Source: Balanoglossus misakiensis (lineage: Eukaryota > Animalia > Hemichordata). From it: a DNA stretch of 64,000 nucleotides. The stretch spans positions 9,676,296-9,740,295 of the forward strand of contig CM082594.2 in NCBI GenBank assembly GCA_040954595.2, given 5' to 3'. The notes beneath the pieces were generated by a model. That model saw nothing but the letters and a program-made list of their open reading frames with translations, was not told the origin of the DNA and searched no databases. Below are positions 37,740-52,399 of the stretch, one piece after another (within the stretch, counting starts at the first letter, position 1; each line of letters begins with the position of its first letter). Position numbers and translations under genes: made by a program.

Positions 37740-39400
37740 CACCAACCTTTTCCGCGGTCCTAAAATCATCAGTTAGATGTTTGATAAAAAGCAGGCGGTT
37801 CTCATGGGATCGAACCTAGTAATCAGCAGAAGCTCTTCGATCGTGACACTCGATTAGTGATCAAATACGGTATTTATCTCTGTAAACAAACTTTTGATAG
37901 TGATCACTCCCAGTACAAAATCCACAGTCCTATGTTTTGACGGCCGCCATTTTGGACTGGTAGAGCAAGGAAGTGTGGGTAAAAATGTTAATTTCCCAGG
38001 TCAAGAACAAAATTTGACAGCTGGTTGCCAAGGGAACAGGGGAAGATAATCGATTTGACAGGTACCACCGCGCTTAGCCAATGGGAGCTGCTGATGTTCT
38101 CCATCAATTAAAACTACAACCAATAAAAACACGTCTGTCACTCATGCACACATCACGTGAAATTGTTCTTCGGAGAATATGGCGTACGAGTTGTCGTTGT
38201 AAGAGTTGTACTTTTTACAACTTTCTGTGCGAAATTGCGCTTTTCCTGCAACTTCTAAACTTTTAGAAACATCAGCAACATCAAGAAGATATCGGTAGCA
38301 AGCTACATGTGATTTTTTTCTGTGAACAAATGATCAAGTAAAATGCTATAAGGGTGTTTTTGACGAGGGTTGTTGTTTCAGTGTCATTCAATCTTTGCAG
38401 TTAGGCGTTGTTTTATTGGGGTGTGATGCGTGATTCACTGTAAATACGCGGTGTCAGCGCGCCAATCGGCCAAAAGTCGATACGGCGTGAAACGCTGAGC
38501 AAGTACAGTTTTTAGAAAAAATCTAATATCTATGTTGGAAAGTAAAAATGAAGACCAAAGAAAGTGTAAGTAATATCAAATATGGGCGCATTGTTGTTTT
38601 TAGTATGGTGATTTTCCATTTGTAGTTCACCAGTCCACTCTCACAGGGGGCGTCTTTTTACATTTCGGCCTCTGCCTAAGAGTTCAAAATTCGTTTCCTT
38701 GTCACCGGAATTTTGATTATTTCGAGTTGTGAGACATAATTCTTGGACTGTATGGTGAATATCGTCGAAAATCCAATCTCAGGTAAATGGATCCAATATG
38801 GGAGTTTATCGGAGTTATTTTCGTTGTAGCACTTCGTGTTCCTATTGTTCTGCGCTATGTGACGGCGGGGAGGGAAATTATATGCATAAACCTCTCACAC
38901 TAACACGGCAGCCATTTTGAAACAGCAAATTTACAGGGATTTTCGTCCAACTTTCTCGCTGTGTAGAGTGTAAATTTGGGAGAAATTTAACGGTAGGTTG
39001 TGTATCGTGTTCTTGAATGTGTGTTTAGTGTGTCGGAGCGTTGTCGGGAGAGCCCGGTTTCCCACGAAACGGCTCGAATCGACGACGTGTTAGGAGTGAA
39101 AGCACACGGAAAATTTTGGAAAATTCCTACCCGATCTATTTACTGCTGCGTCATTGGCGCATTTTGACAATGTATTTGGCTTGCGCTGTTCGATATTTCC
39201 GTTATTTTCGCGAAATTTAAGTGTGGGGATCGTCGGAAATGTATCTGTGTCGATTTCAATGCCAGATCTCGCGTCTGACGGCGGCGACAAGACCACGGGG
39301 TGGTCAACGAATATGCGCTAGTCGAAAATGTACCTCTTCCGGATATTATTTGTTGAAGGAAGCCCTTCCGACCGTCGATCGTATGGGTTTCAAATATCAA
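37740..39400. promoter_or_regulatory. Divergent WDR37/INO80D promoter region, CpG-rich
   Basis: Lies between head-to-head genes and is visibly CpG-rich. YY1-type motifs are at 37943-37953, 38176-38184 and 38907-38919. ETS GGAAGT is at ~37969, CCAAT at ~38078 and ~38121, and E-box CACGTG at ~38154. A probable WDR37 non-coding exon 1 ends at donor AAG|gttggt (37747). Confidence 0.65.
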
Positions 39401-42296
39401 CGAATTTTTATCCTGTTTAAGATATCTAAACCGTTATGGACACAAATTTTACGGGAGAATCGGCAATTATCATAGTTAAAACAAAGTTCGGTGACCCCAA
39501 TATCATATTTCATATTTTTAACGTGTGAGTTTTGTATACATGAAAACACATACATGAATTGTAAGAATATTAGCCGTGGATGTGGAAATACCCAAAATTA
39601 TTGATCATTTCCGATAAATCAACAAACAACAACAACACAACTGAATGTAAATAGAATGTAAATATCTTGTGACCTCAATACTGACAATAATAATCCTGTA
39701 CAGGCTGTTGACATGCATATTGGTTTCAATATTTCATTTTTGAATAATGTTCTCAAAAATAAGATTCAGATATAACTTATATTCGCACATTTTTATTTTT
39801 ATTATGAAATATTCTCATCGTTGCTATTTAACATGACATTTTATTGATACATGTAGAGATAGCCATATTTGTTTACTATGTAAATTGTTTCAATTTCATT
39901 CAATGTCACAATTGTTTCAAGGTCTGTTTATATAAATTTGGTTAATTCCATTTCTATAGAATGTTATATATATATTAATGTTTATGAACTGTAGGTTGGG
40001 GTAAATTATGTTGGGATCTGTGTACACTAGTGTTTTAAGGACCTGTCTGAAACATGCCCTGACATATATTGAGCAAGTTGTAACATCCAGAAAATGCTAT
40101 AAATTAGAAATAAGGCAAAAAACTGCAGTTGTTGGACATCAAGCAAGTACAGTTTCTGATGATAATGTTTGTTAACAGTAAAACTGTTTAGCAATATTTT
40201 GGGTGATGAAAGTACTTGCCACAAAAACCTTGTGGATGACTGTATTACCTTGGAAAATGTTACCTTGAAAAGTCACGTCAGTATTAACTGGAGGATTGAA
40301 ATATATGCACCAGTACAATAAAACTGACCCCATCTAATAAAATAATTGCATCATTGCAGCACTTTGTGCAGGTAAAGAGGTACATAATAATATTGAAGTC
40401 TCCCCAAAATATATCAAAACCATTTGTGATGTGAAGCCAAAGTTTGTGGTAAGCTTTTAGGCAATCTTGAACTTTGTAAACATAACATGTTCAATAATGA
40501 TGTACATGGACCTATGGCATTACAAAATTTAGGTTAAACTCACATTAATTACTTTGTTAACATAGGATGGTAAAAAATTCATGACCACGCTTCATGGAAA
40601 TTTATTCAGTGAAAATATAAGGCTATTTCATTTTAGATATATCTTATGCATTGAGTGTGCAGAGTATTTTAGTTTTGCCCAGTAGAAAAACACAATTATT
40701 AGTTTGGCTTATATTTAGCCAAATTCCGAGAAATGTATGTGTGTGCAAAGGGCGTCACTGCGATATTGCTGGACTGTAAATATGGTTGAATTTGAAAATA
40801 TCTGCCAGAGCTACAAAATTATGAGAAAAAATGCCCCTGTACTACAGACAATGCTGGGAATTAAACATGTGACCCATAATTTTATGAACCGAATTATTTT
40901 ATTGATCATAAACCAATTTTGCCACAAAGGTGTATACGTGTAGTTTTCAGTCACAATTACTGGCCGTCCATTTAAAATTTTTAAAAAGGGGAAACCTAGC
41001 AAATCTGTATAATGCAGATCATGTTGGTGTATTGCAGATTTTTGTCCAGCCGTTTACATGTAATTCTTTAGTACAGTTGCTTAATCCACAGATTGTGTGG
41101 AGCTGTTGTGAAGGTCAGGGGTTAAAAGGAATGCCTTTATGTCTATGTCATACAATGATTGATTTGTATCACATGAGAAATCTAATCAATACCTCTCTCC
41201 CATTATCTGGATTTTGAACTCCTAAATTGATGTCAACATGATATTAATATCTCTGCTGTTTACTTATAAATGATAATGTGTTTACATAATGTAGTTTTTT
41301 TCGGTAAACATCTTCACTAAAATGTGTTCGTGTGAAAAGTTCGGTCTTCACAGATATTTCAGAAATTGACGTAATTCTCCCACTATAAATATGTGTACCC
41401 AAGGAGTTCAAGTGGAATGATACAAACTCAATAATTTGACGAGAGGAATCACAAAGGTCTTCCACACCAAATCATACACAAGAAAATACAGTAACAAGGC
41501 TTTAGTCATTATAAAAGAAACCTGGAAGTTACAGCATATATTTATACTTGCGTGAAAACATAAATCCTATTTGATATCATTTAATAAGTCACTGGTTAAC
41601 TGGTGTATTATTTTGAGAAGTTTAATTATTGAAAATATTTCTGTACCAGGAAGTGTATTTTCCTGGTTAATCTTGGTGAAAATATCAGGCAATTAACTTT
41701 CAAAAATAGTAGTGTAATAAAATCTGCCAAAACATTTGAGTGAGAACCAAAAAATGTCAGTATCACAGCTATATTTACTCACGAAATGTTGTTATGATTA
41801 AATTTGTTATCCAGGGTTCAGTTCTGACAGATTTCACTTTACTTGGTTTTATGTTGGTATCATGACATTTGCATCTGAAATAGACCTGACACAATATATG
41901 ACATTCTTTAGAAAGTGAACATGCACTTGTGTCAGGGGGTGCGACAACAAGGAAGCTTAAGTTCACGCGTGATGAAACACACGTATTTCTGGGCAGCAGA
42001 GGTCAGAGGTCGACTACTTCTTTGTGCGAGTTCCATTGAATGTGTGACGGGAGGGAAAACCTGAAGTAGGCCAGTGCACAACAAAATGGGTTGTCAGTGT
42101 CTGTGTGCTTGGGTATTACTGTGTATGCTCTCATCCATGTTTATTTGTTTGTAGCACGCTCATATGACTAATTTCGCATTTTTTCACCTACAGAACACTG
42201 CAGTGGTCTATGTGCGACTTTTCGTTCCGTGGTAGACCGATTCTAATTCTGCATTTCTGTGTGTGCTTCTTTGCAGGTGATGTTGGTAGTAAAGTG

Positions 42297-45200
42297 ATGT
42301 ATGAAGGCAAGCATATTCATTACTCTGAAGCAGACAACAAGCCACTGTGCTCATACAGTACGAAACTGTGTAAGCAGAGAAGGCTGAACGGGTATGCGTT
42401 CTGCATTCGCCATGTCTTAGAGGACAAGACAGCTCCATTCAAGCAGTGTGAATATGTTGCCAAATACAACAATCAGAGATGTACCAACCCTATTCCAAAG
42501 AATGAAGATAGAATGTGAGTATGCAGTTGTACATGTAGTACTTGACATTTGTCAGTGATTCTGATAAGTTGACATAAGTGCAAATTTGTTGTGGAAAGCA
42601 AATTTCAGACTGTAAACAAGACCTGTACAATTTGTCACTTCACAGCACGCACCATGTGTTGAAGACAAGCTGGCATGACCAATTTATATGAAAGCAGGTT
42701 ATTTTTGTCACTCTGTTTATTTAAGAACAAGGACACAATTGCATTGACTACATGTATGTCCTTTCACTCCCCATTATTTAGTTTAATTCGTCAGATCATT
42801 GCTGCATGTAATGATATTGTCAGCCTGGGTCTTCAATTGTCATCCATTTGTGTACACGACCCCATCTGTTATTCCCCACATCCTCTAATTATAGCAACCA
42901 CCAGCATTTAAAAAAACAAAACAAAACAAAACATCTCATCGACAACAGATGTGACTAATCAACCATTAGAGCTGGCAATTATGTCCTGCGAAAATACTAC
43001 TGAGCTTCCTTATTTTGGAATGCTAAATTTTTACATTCAAATTCGCAGTCACAAGCACGTATTCCAAGTCACGTTTCATGTTGATATTTTTGTCATGAAC
43101 AGAGAAGCAAATGGTGTGAGCCTTCAAGTCCTGTTCTGCATTACAAGTGGATTTGTTATTTGGGTGAATATATGATTACGTAGAAATGTTGTGTGAATCT
43201 TCGGCACCAAACCTGATCTGTTTCTTCTCTTCCGTTCACAGATATTGTAACAGTCACCTTCAAGTCCTAGGAATTGTACCCAAGAAAGAACGGAAAAGGA
43301 AAAGTGGAGAATCACCGGACAAAAAAGTCAAAGATGTCAAGGAAAAGGAAAAAAAGAAAGAGAAACCGGAACTAACTGTTGAAAATCACAATGACTGTGA
43401 CTCGGAACCCGATGTGTATACTTTTATTCCATCGCCACCTTCGGTGGAAAAGAAACCACCGCCCAAATCACCGCGGCCTTCAGCTGGCCACAAAGAGAAA
43501 TTCCTCAAGGCTAAACTTCAAGATAAAATTACAAAGAACAAACTGAAACTTGAAAAGGAACGAGAGAAGGAACTGAAGGGAAAACTGAATCATGTGAATA
43601 AACTGAACTTGGCGTCGCATGTGACGGCGCGACCATTGGGTGTACCTCCCATGCCGCTGGGTCCAACACCGCCACCGCCGCCGTCGAGCTTTCCGCAAGT
43701 TCCGTTGTCGCCGTTTGCGCAACCACCAGCATTTCCGTCAATCCCTCCATACCACCACCATCATCATCATCCATTTCCTGTGCCTCGCATACCGATGCCT
43801 TTCTCAGATTTGACATTACCCTGGTTTCAAACACACGCATCTCCGAGTTCACCAATTTTACAAGTGCAACAAAAAAGGCCGAGGCAGTTAAAATCGCCTT
43901 ACAGGACTAATAAATGTTTGGAAAAATTATTAAACTCATACAGGAGCAGAGAAGAGACAAATTTTGATCGTTTTCCATTAGGTAAGTGGTACTTCAATCT
44001 GCCCAATTTGCAAGCTTGTGAAATACAAGAATAATAATTTGGATCTGACTTATAAAGGATTCTACAGTAGCTGTAATATAATCATGTCGAATTCTCGCAG
44101 TGTGTAACACAGGTCAAATATGGGTAGCTTTTTTCACCTTTATCTCACCACAAAGATCTACCAGGTTTAAGAGTCATCTTGGTAATTGTATTTTCTAATG
44201 GCGTGTCCCTTCAGCCTTGATTAGACGGAAGCTACGCAGCAATTTATTAGTATCTGGAAGGTGTTATAGTGAGACCTTCAACCTTGCCCAGTTAGTCCTT
44301 CGGGGGGAATACCACATAAAAACAGGCTTTGTGAGACCAATTTATCGTGTTTCCTGTTTAAATCCCATTCAATCATGTGGGAGAGTCTTTGACTAGTCAC
44401 GTCACCACATATCTCAAACAGGAAAGTGGGAGTTGTGTACCACTCAATGAAAACAAGTTCCTTTTTCGTAATCCAACTGGCGTTTATATAGACGTTCCAG
44501 GAATTTCATCATTTAAGTGATAAAGTGATGTCATCCCTTTTGATAAAATAACAATACATCATTCATGCTTTTATAAGCTCACATGATTTATTGGTAATTT
44601 ATTTGATTCTATTTGTGTATTTTATGGCTGTTCAGATTTTAACAATTGTACAAAAAAATTTAATGAGAGGGGAAAGCGGTAAAATTCATCTATTTCCATA
44701 TTTTGTCAGGCTGTATATCAATGGATAAATGTATTCATCTCGATTCATAATAATGGCACAGTCAGTTTATCAGAGCAGTAGTGTAGATTTTCATTATATA
44801 CAATTGCAGAGTGACTTGCCAATGACCTTTGGTATTTTGAAGTTATTTGTGACTCAATAGCAGACTGCAATAGGTTTATTCTTAATCATTTTATGGCTGA
44901 TTGTACAGGCAGGACTTTTTGTCAATCGTTGCAGTGCATCTAGAGTTCTGAAATATGCCGAGAGATAAGATAATAGTCCTAGTTTAATTTTTCGGCTTCT
45001 AAACATGTGTTGTGTGTGTTGCCTTGTCTTTTTGCATGTTCATAATGGCTACTTCCCCATATTGATTTATTGTATTATTAATTTCCAGGTTATGTACTCT
45101 CAGATGATGAAGAGGAAGAATCAGAAGATTATTTGCCATGGCAACAAACAAGAATGGATGATGATGATTCAGATAGTTCAAGGTAAGAGAATGATTTATT

Positions 45201-48200
45201 TAACAGAGAACACAGTAATCCTATAAGATTTATTGTAAAGTTGCAAATCAGCCATATTTATGTTGATGGATGAGATTTTTATGGGGGAAAGGGGGAATTT
45301 ATATTTCCCCAACGTCTCAAACACAAAGAGAACATTACAAATGTCTGTATATTATTCCGCAGTTGCGAAGACTTTGAGATCTCAACGCGGAGGTCCCAGA
45401 GAGTAGATTCATTGGAATCTAAACTACGCCAAGAGTACAATCAGCTTAGACACTGCAGACACGGTCATCGGTCGACTCAACATTATCACCAAGATTGTGG
45501 AAAGAGTTTACTCGATGCCATAAGGACCTGTCCAAGACAAACACTCAATGTTGTTTTAGCTGTTAGAAATCAATCACTCAAAACTAGGTAAGCCTCCTTT
45601 ATTGTGTGCTAAGGTCATGGTCATTGAAATTATATTCGACTCAGTCAGTAATACATGGACATAGAAAGTTTTCGAGCAGGAGGGGGAAATATACCTTTGA
45701 TATATTAACACTGTAAGCCTTGCTGTTGAATTGGCAGACATGTTTTACATATTTTACTAAGAGTGAGCGTATCTGATGACTAAGCCTTTACAAAGAGGGA
45801 GATTGCCGGTCTTAAGATAAAGATGGCATGTGTATTTCTACTCTGAAAACCTGATTGTGTTTTTATTCTGTGTAAAGTCGGAAATCTGTCTTTTTACAGA
45901 CAATTATCTTTCCTGCCTCCTGGCTACTCTCTATCTCAATGATTTAATTGAATTCCGAGAAAAGAAGTTTTCTTATACAGCTTCTTATCTTCAGAATGTT
46001 TTGCTGTGAACATGTCTAATTGACCGTGTTTGTTCATTCCATATTGCAGACTTAAAAGGTCGCAACACAACAGTAGATGTAGTTATAAAGGCGAATCTGA
46101 GGAAACTTGTCAAGAGAAAGCATTACCGTTCACAAGACACTGTGTCAAACGTATCCTTTCAATGTCTGACGTAATTCGCAGTAGTTTGACGTCAGTCTTG
46201 AGACTGCCCAGAAGCAACGTGACCTAGGGGTCATGTCATTGTTATATTCTGTATCAAAATGAATTCATTTCCGCTGAGACACAGCTCTGAACATAATTCC
46301 ATGATGCCAATCCGAAGTACTGAACAGGTGTTGATATAAGCCTACATCAGAATATGCTTTCTGACAAGAAACTGGTTACACAATACTGAGTATTTTATTA
46401 CTGATCAATGCTTCACATGTATATTACACCACACAAGAGTTCATTTTCTTTAATTGAAGTTTCCATCAGACATCATGTGTAACGAGGACCAGGTGCTATT
46501 TGCTTACTGTACAGCTAAATTTCCCGGTGGAGTGCAATGTGCTATTCCTGTCTTTGACATTGTCAATGAAAGGCCTCTCTGTGAAGAACATGCCCGCAAA
46601 ATGGTGAGTAGAGAAATAACAAACATGTGTGTTGGCTTCTTCCTGTCTATGTCAGTTAGTTCTCTGCTGTTGCCTGGGATTGGTGGATAGTGATTGGCAG
46701 ATGAACAGAGTGTAACAAGCATTGTGATTGGTAGACTGTATAAGAAAAACATCAGCATGAATCGGAGGATTTGTAAAGTAGACTGTACTGTAATGTACTG
46801 CATGATCTAAGCCACTGACACCACTGATAAAATAAGTTTTAACTTGTCTGTGATGAACTTCACTAAAATTTGAAGTTCGTTAATTTTCAGGCAAATGTTC
46901 AGAAAGGAGAGGCTAACAGGAAAGCTCTTCTTGCTGATGGAAAGGCTCCTCCAAGGAAACCAAGAAAAAAGACAAAACCATCAGCACTTACAAGACCATC
47001 AAAAAAGAAGAAAAAGAAGAAGCAGCAGAAACGAAATGCTCGACCGCAAAAACCTGTACCTCCTGCAAGTAAGTCTGTTTTGAGTTTCTTTGTTCCACAT
47101 GGTTGAGCGATTGAATGCTTTTCGGAGAGTTGTTGTAACTTTAGTATTTAACTCTGTTACACGGAGAAAATCAATTGTATGCCCTCCAGTGAGTTGAGTG
47201 ATATTATTAGTGAAGTCCAGTGACCTTTGCTAATAGAAATTGCTGAGTGATTGTGCAATTTCGAAAACTCATTACAGCTATCGCCCTCAGCAGTATGTGT
47301 TACAGCACCCTCTTGTGGTAAAAAGTGGTACAGGTACATGTATGTTGCCTATTATTAAAGTTTCCAAATCCGACTTTTTTTCTAGAGCCCACTGGCAACA
47401 CAGAGATGCCCCAGACACTCAATTTAGGAATAGACACCTCCCAGCTGAGCCCAGCTCCAGATGGCATCGACACGGAAGACATCACCGATCACCTTGACAA
47501 TGACCTTTCAACGGATGACGTGATTGAGAAGAACCTGGAGCTGCACAGTGAGCTGCACATTGACCCCACGGATCTCAATATGGACGGGGACGCGCTTCAG
47601 ATGGATGGTGATGGATTGCACATGGACACTGATCATCAGTCTGACTTAGAACCAGATAAACATCTGCTTGATGGACATGACTTTGATGATTGGGCCAGGT
47701 TGCCGGACGATCTCAATGATATTGAATTGTTCGCTGGTGAGTATTTCACCCAGAACTGACCCGCAGGACAAAATATTCACTTCTGAAGTGTTTGTCAGTC
47801 CTGATTCTCTGCTATTAATATTTATATCAGACCTTGAATCCCAAAATGATGTCATTTAGTACTCACTGTTCACACAGAATTAACAATGGGTTTTTGTCAA
47901 TGCAGGAAAAAATGGTGTTTTTGCCCCGACAAAGGAAGAAGAGGAAGCTTTGGAAAGGGCGTTGAAAGAGGCATCGGAAGACGTGAAGTTATCCTTGGCT
48001 CAGTTAACACACCATCTATCTCCTGACACTCAGGGGTTACCCAGTCTCATTCTACCAAGTGGTCACGAAAACCACAACTCGAATCATATCATAGCTGATA
48101 GCATGGTGCATACTATAGATATGGGGTCCACTATGACGTACACTGTGACACCCCCTGTATCAGGGGCTCAGGGGTCATTCCAGGAAGGTCGAGGGTCAGT

Positions 48201-48786
48201 GCAAAATTCGGCAGTACAATCACCGGCGAGTGTGAAGAACGATTTGGATATTGGGACGGGTTTGATAAATCATGGTATGAGAGATATGAATCAGGATCCT
48301 ATTCTGACAAATAATCGCAGATTCAGCACGGACGTGTCGACGTTGTCGCCGCACAGTGCGCCGATTTCGCCCCACGGGAATCACTTCCAAGCTGATGTGC
48401 CTAGAACGTTGCCACACGACACCACCACATCCATGCTGAATCACCAGATGTTGAATTCACCTGGTGGGAACCTCATGTTGGCCAATCAGAGGCCGTGGAA
48501 TTCGTACACCACGCTCAACCCGAACGCTGACCACACGAACCTGCTGCCGGTGAACCACCAAAACAATGGACCGTCAGTGCCAATGAACGGCCCTCCCCCA
48601 TACTCACCAAACCCAAACTTCATCCAGGCAAATAAGTTCAACATGGCCATCGGACATGATCAGATGATCTACAATCAGGTTTCACAGTCAGGCAGTCGTG
48701 ATCCGTCTCTCCAGTCACAGAGTGGCCCAATGATTTCATCTTTCAGTGTTACCACAGCACCAGCCCACCAGCAAAGCACCAGCTAG
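42297..48786 (+). CDS. INO80D: INO80 complex subunit D, 9 coding exons, ~973 aa
   Basis: Exons: 42297-42514, 43242-43981, 45089-45182, 45363-45587, 46050-46150, 46470-46603, 46891-47068, 47386-47736, 47906-48786 (2922 nt, frame intact). The N-terminus MYEGKHIHYSEADNKPLCSYSTKLCKQRRLNGYAFCIRHVLEDKTAPFKQCEYVAKYN is characteristic of INO80D. A second Cys/His region reads ALPFTRHC..CTAKF..PVFDI..PLCEEHARKM. Confidence 0.94.
46151..46469 (+). other. U12-type (minor spliceosome) GT-AG intron in INO80D
   Basis: The 5' splice site GTATCCTTT matches the U12 consensus. A branch-like TTTCTTTAAT at 46445-46454 lies ~16 nt before the AG, and there is no long polypyrimidine tract. Splicing restores RHCVK-H-IMCN in frame. 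Confidence 0.88.
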
Positions 48787-51700
48787 CCCTTGGAGATAAA
48801 AAAAAATAACAAACAGACTCAAACCTGTGTATTTCCTCAGGGAACAGACTGAATGTACCAACAGATGATAAGATGGGTTTTTGTGTACACGAGACCCACT
48901 CCCTTTGCCCTCTGCTTTTCCAACTCATACTTTATGCAGGTGATGGAATCATATAAAATTGTTGACCGAGTCTTGTACTTACAAGAACTTGGAAAGAACT
49001 TAGAAAAGAACATGGAAGAGTGGGCACATCCTATTACCACAAATGACAACCTTCCACCCCTCCTTCACAATACTATACTCCTTTTTTTGCTTGAGCTTTC
49101 CATAACCAGGCAGTGATCAGGGGGTGTGCGTGTGTGATGCTTAGTCAGCTGACATGAAAAATGGAGATTGCTACTTCACTGCCCTTTCAGATTCGTATTT
49201 TTCTGTAGTACAGGCTAGAAAATCAACACAGAAAGATCATCCCACAATTTCAACCAATGAGCATGCTAACAAGAGATTGAACTGCCTTTTTGGTGCAAGA
49301 GAAGCACTCTTTGAAGAATCTGTTTTGGATTATTTTTAATCAGTTATGATTTTATCTAGAAGCATGGGTCTTCTGCTTCAGTAGAAGTCTGCTTGTCAGA
49401 CAGCCTTAGCAACCAGAGTTTAATTTTTAAGCAACATGTAAGAAGCATTTTGCGGAGTCTTTTATCCAGTTTGTGTACATACATCTGTCCACCACCCCTT
49501 GATGTGACATCTATGTGTATATATTGCAGATGTTCTAGCCTTGATATTTTGAGAAAAAAAAGAAAAAGCTCTTATACAGCCAAAGCATAATTTTATGACC
49601 GATACAAAAGTACAGAAATGATTACCACAGTTTTGAAGTATTCCCACAATTTTTTGCCTTTATTGTGTTTCTTTATATTTTTCATAAGATTTTTGACATT
49701 TGAATAGTTTTTTTACAAAAACTATCACATAAATACATAACAGTAGACCACAACCAGATACAGCTTTTAGTTGATAAACAGATTCATGTTAGTGACAACA
49801 AGAAACGTACTGAAGCCCAGTACTTGGGAAGAAAATCTTATAGTAGCAGTTTATGGAGCAACCAATGCTGTTGACTTGTAGCTTTGAGGAGCTGTGGTGG
49901 TACATTTTGGAAGGTCACGGCTGATTGGTTTGTTTTCATCAGATTGTTATGGTCAACCGTAAGCTGGCCATTAGGATGATCTCTTATGACATTTCTGGTA
50001 TTTCAAAGTGCTGCATAGATACAACTCAGACATTGAGTAAACTGTAAATTTAACTTGCCATCTTTCAGCTTTTTGTGACTTTGCCTCTTCACAACGTCAT
50101 TCACAGATAGATATTCAGCAACCAATCAAACGTATTGTTACAGTAACAGATTGCCTCAACCAATCACAGGCAGTGTAGCTTCATCACTGTTACAAGTCTC
50201 TGGGAGAGCGTTCCCACTATAAGAGGCAAATTTCAAGTCCTGCTGGGACTCTTCAAAATTGTATAAGGATACAGACACACCAATTGCTGCTTCAGTATTT
50301 TTTTTTTAAACTTTCTTTGCATGTGTATTTTAATGAAGGATAGGATTCTTTAAGTTGAACAAGGAGATTTAATTCCAGAACCAACATGGGGTGAGACTGC
50401 AGCTGAACATACATAGATTGATGAGTCATGATTGGCCCAATACAGATCACCTGATCACTCTTCTGTTGCCTGATTGGTTAATAGGGTGTCACATGACACT
50501 AAGATCTAGTTATCGATGAACTTTGCATGGCTGAAATATTAACCCTTTCATGACCATCAAAATGTATCAAACTTTTGCTAGTATGCTTATTGACACAGAT
50601 CCTACTGTTAAATTTGTACATGTAGTCGAGGACAGAAATGAACAACTACTGCTAGTCAACAATGAATTGCGGAGTCACATAAGCGTTCCTAATTAGCATA
50701 GCTTTAAAAAGAATCTTCTGTTGCAATCTCTCAAATTGGGTAGTTCTGGACATATTTGTATGATGGCAAAACATCCTACCTCTAACATAAATAAATAAAT
50801 ACCAGATTTAACTTTCCGTATGGTGTATTGAAACTATAAGGAGCTGGGTTTCTTAACTTTTTGTCCCACTGATGGAAATCAAATATGATTCCTAATTTTG
50901 GAGGACAGGATTCCACAAAATTATCCAGGGGTGGGAAGAAAGATAAGAAACCAAACATCTAAAGATGGTGGATGCAACTTTGATTCAGGTATTATGATTT
51001 GTATGACAGGTTGCTAATGGCGACAAATCACTGTGTTAGATATGTGTTCTTTCTGGTCTTGTTCACTGTACGGTTAGAGCTTTTCAATGATGTTATGTGT
51101 ATTTTACCAAAGTGTAAAAAAGTGCATATGATTTCTTGTTATGCTTCAGTATGGTCTGTGAGGTTGATGTGATGTTTTCAACCATACCAGTTATTTGTTG
51201 ATTCGATTTGGATTTCTTCTTCGGGTCTGCCAGTTATCTACAAATAAGTGCATTTTGCTTCTGAAAATACTGCTTTCCAGCCATTGCTTGCTTTCTGAGA
51301 AAAATTGTCATGTTTGGTTTAATGTAAATGATTCTACATAATGGTCAGGAAGTATACTTTTATAACATAACTGTGTTCACCAGAGTCATACAGCCTCCCC
51401 TGTGTAAAAGACCTGCAACCCCCCATGTCAGTAGTTGGTAGTGTACCAGATTGGTGACAACAATACGACTGCATCAAGATGTGAATTTTAATGGGGGTGG
51501 AGAGGGTCAGAGGAAGGGGAATTCTGCATGACAGAACATAAGCTTTGAATTCTGTACAAATATGTACTCAAGAAACTCAGGTGTAAAGGACCTTGATGAT
51601 CTCCATTGGATGAAACCATTTCTGAAGTAGGGGTGGAAGACCCACACACTGGGTTTAAAGCTCCTATATATATACATTTATATATAAATATATAAACCAC

Positions 51701-52399
51701 ACGGAAAAGAGAATGTACATAGTATTTTACATAGCAAAATCTAAATTGTGTGCTCTAGTAACTTATTAATTAATAGTGAATTTAAAACAAAGCCTGGTGC
51801 TTGCTCTTAAAAAATTCATATGATGCACCCCTTTTGTTTATAGTATCTGCCGACCCTACTTCTGAAATGCAATATTCCAATGGCAAGAAAGATGTTTTTT
51901 CACACCTGGTATTAATTTCAGACATGTTTATTAGGAACTTAGCATACTCTGGCAAAAAAGTTAGTAGTTTCCGTTTCCAATATTGTGGTGGAGATTTGTT
52001 CCCGAAATCTGTGTCATTTCAATTGTACATTGATTCAAATATTGTTTTCATCATTGGTTTTATTTGTCCCAATATTTCTCATGCAATAAAATCTATTTTC
52101 ATATAAAGTTATGACTTCAGCTAGTTGTATTGTGAATTAATTTGACACGGTGTGTTGTGATCATATGGGGTCAGTCAAAGAAGCACTGAGTAAAATTCTG
52201 TGGTGGCACTTAGCCAGTTGGATACAACTCAGAAAGCAACCTGGAATATTTTTTAGACGGCACACTGCTGAAGATGACATTGACCCAGCCTTTTCCCCAC
52301 ATGGGATTTCATTGATAATTGCAAGAAAACGTATTTCAAAAGACGCATAATGTAGATGACATAATCTTCTTTGATAAACAAAGGAATTTCTAATCGATG

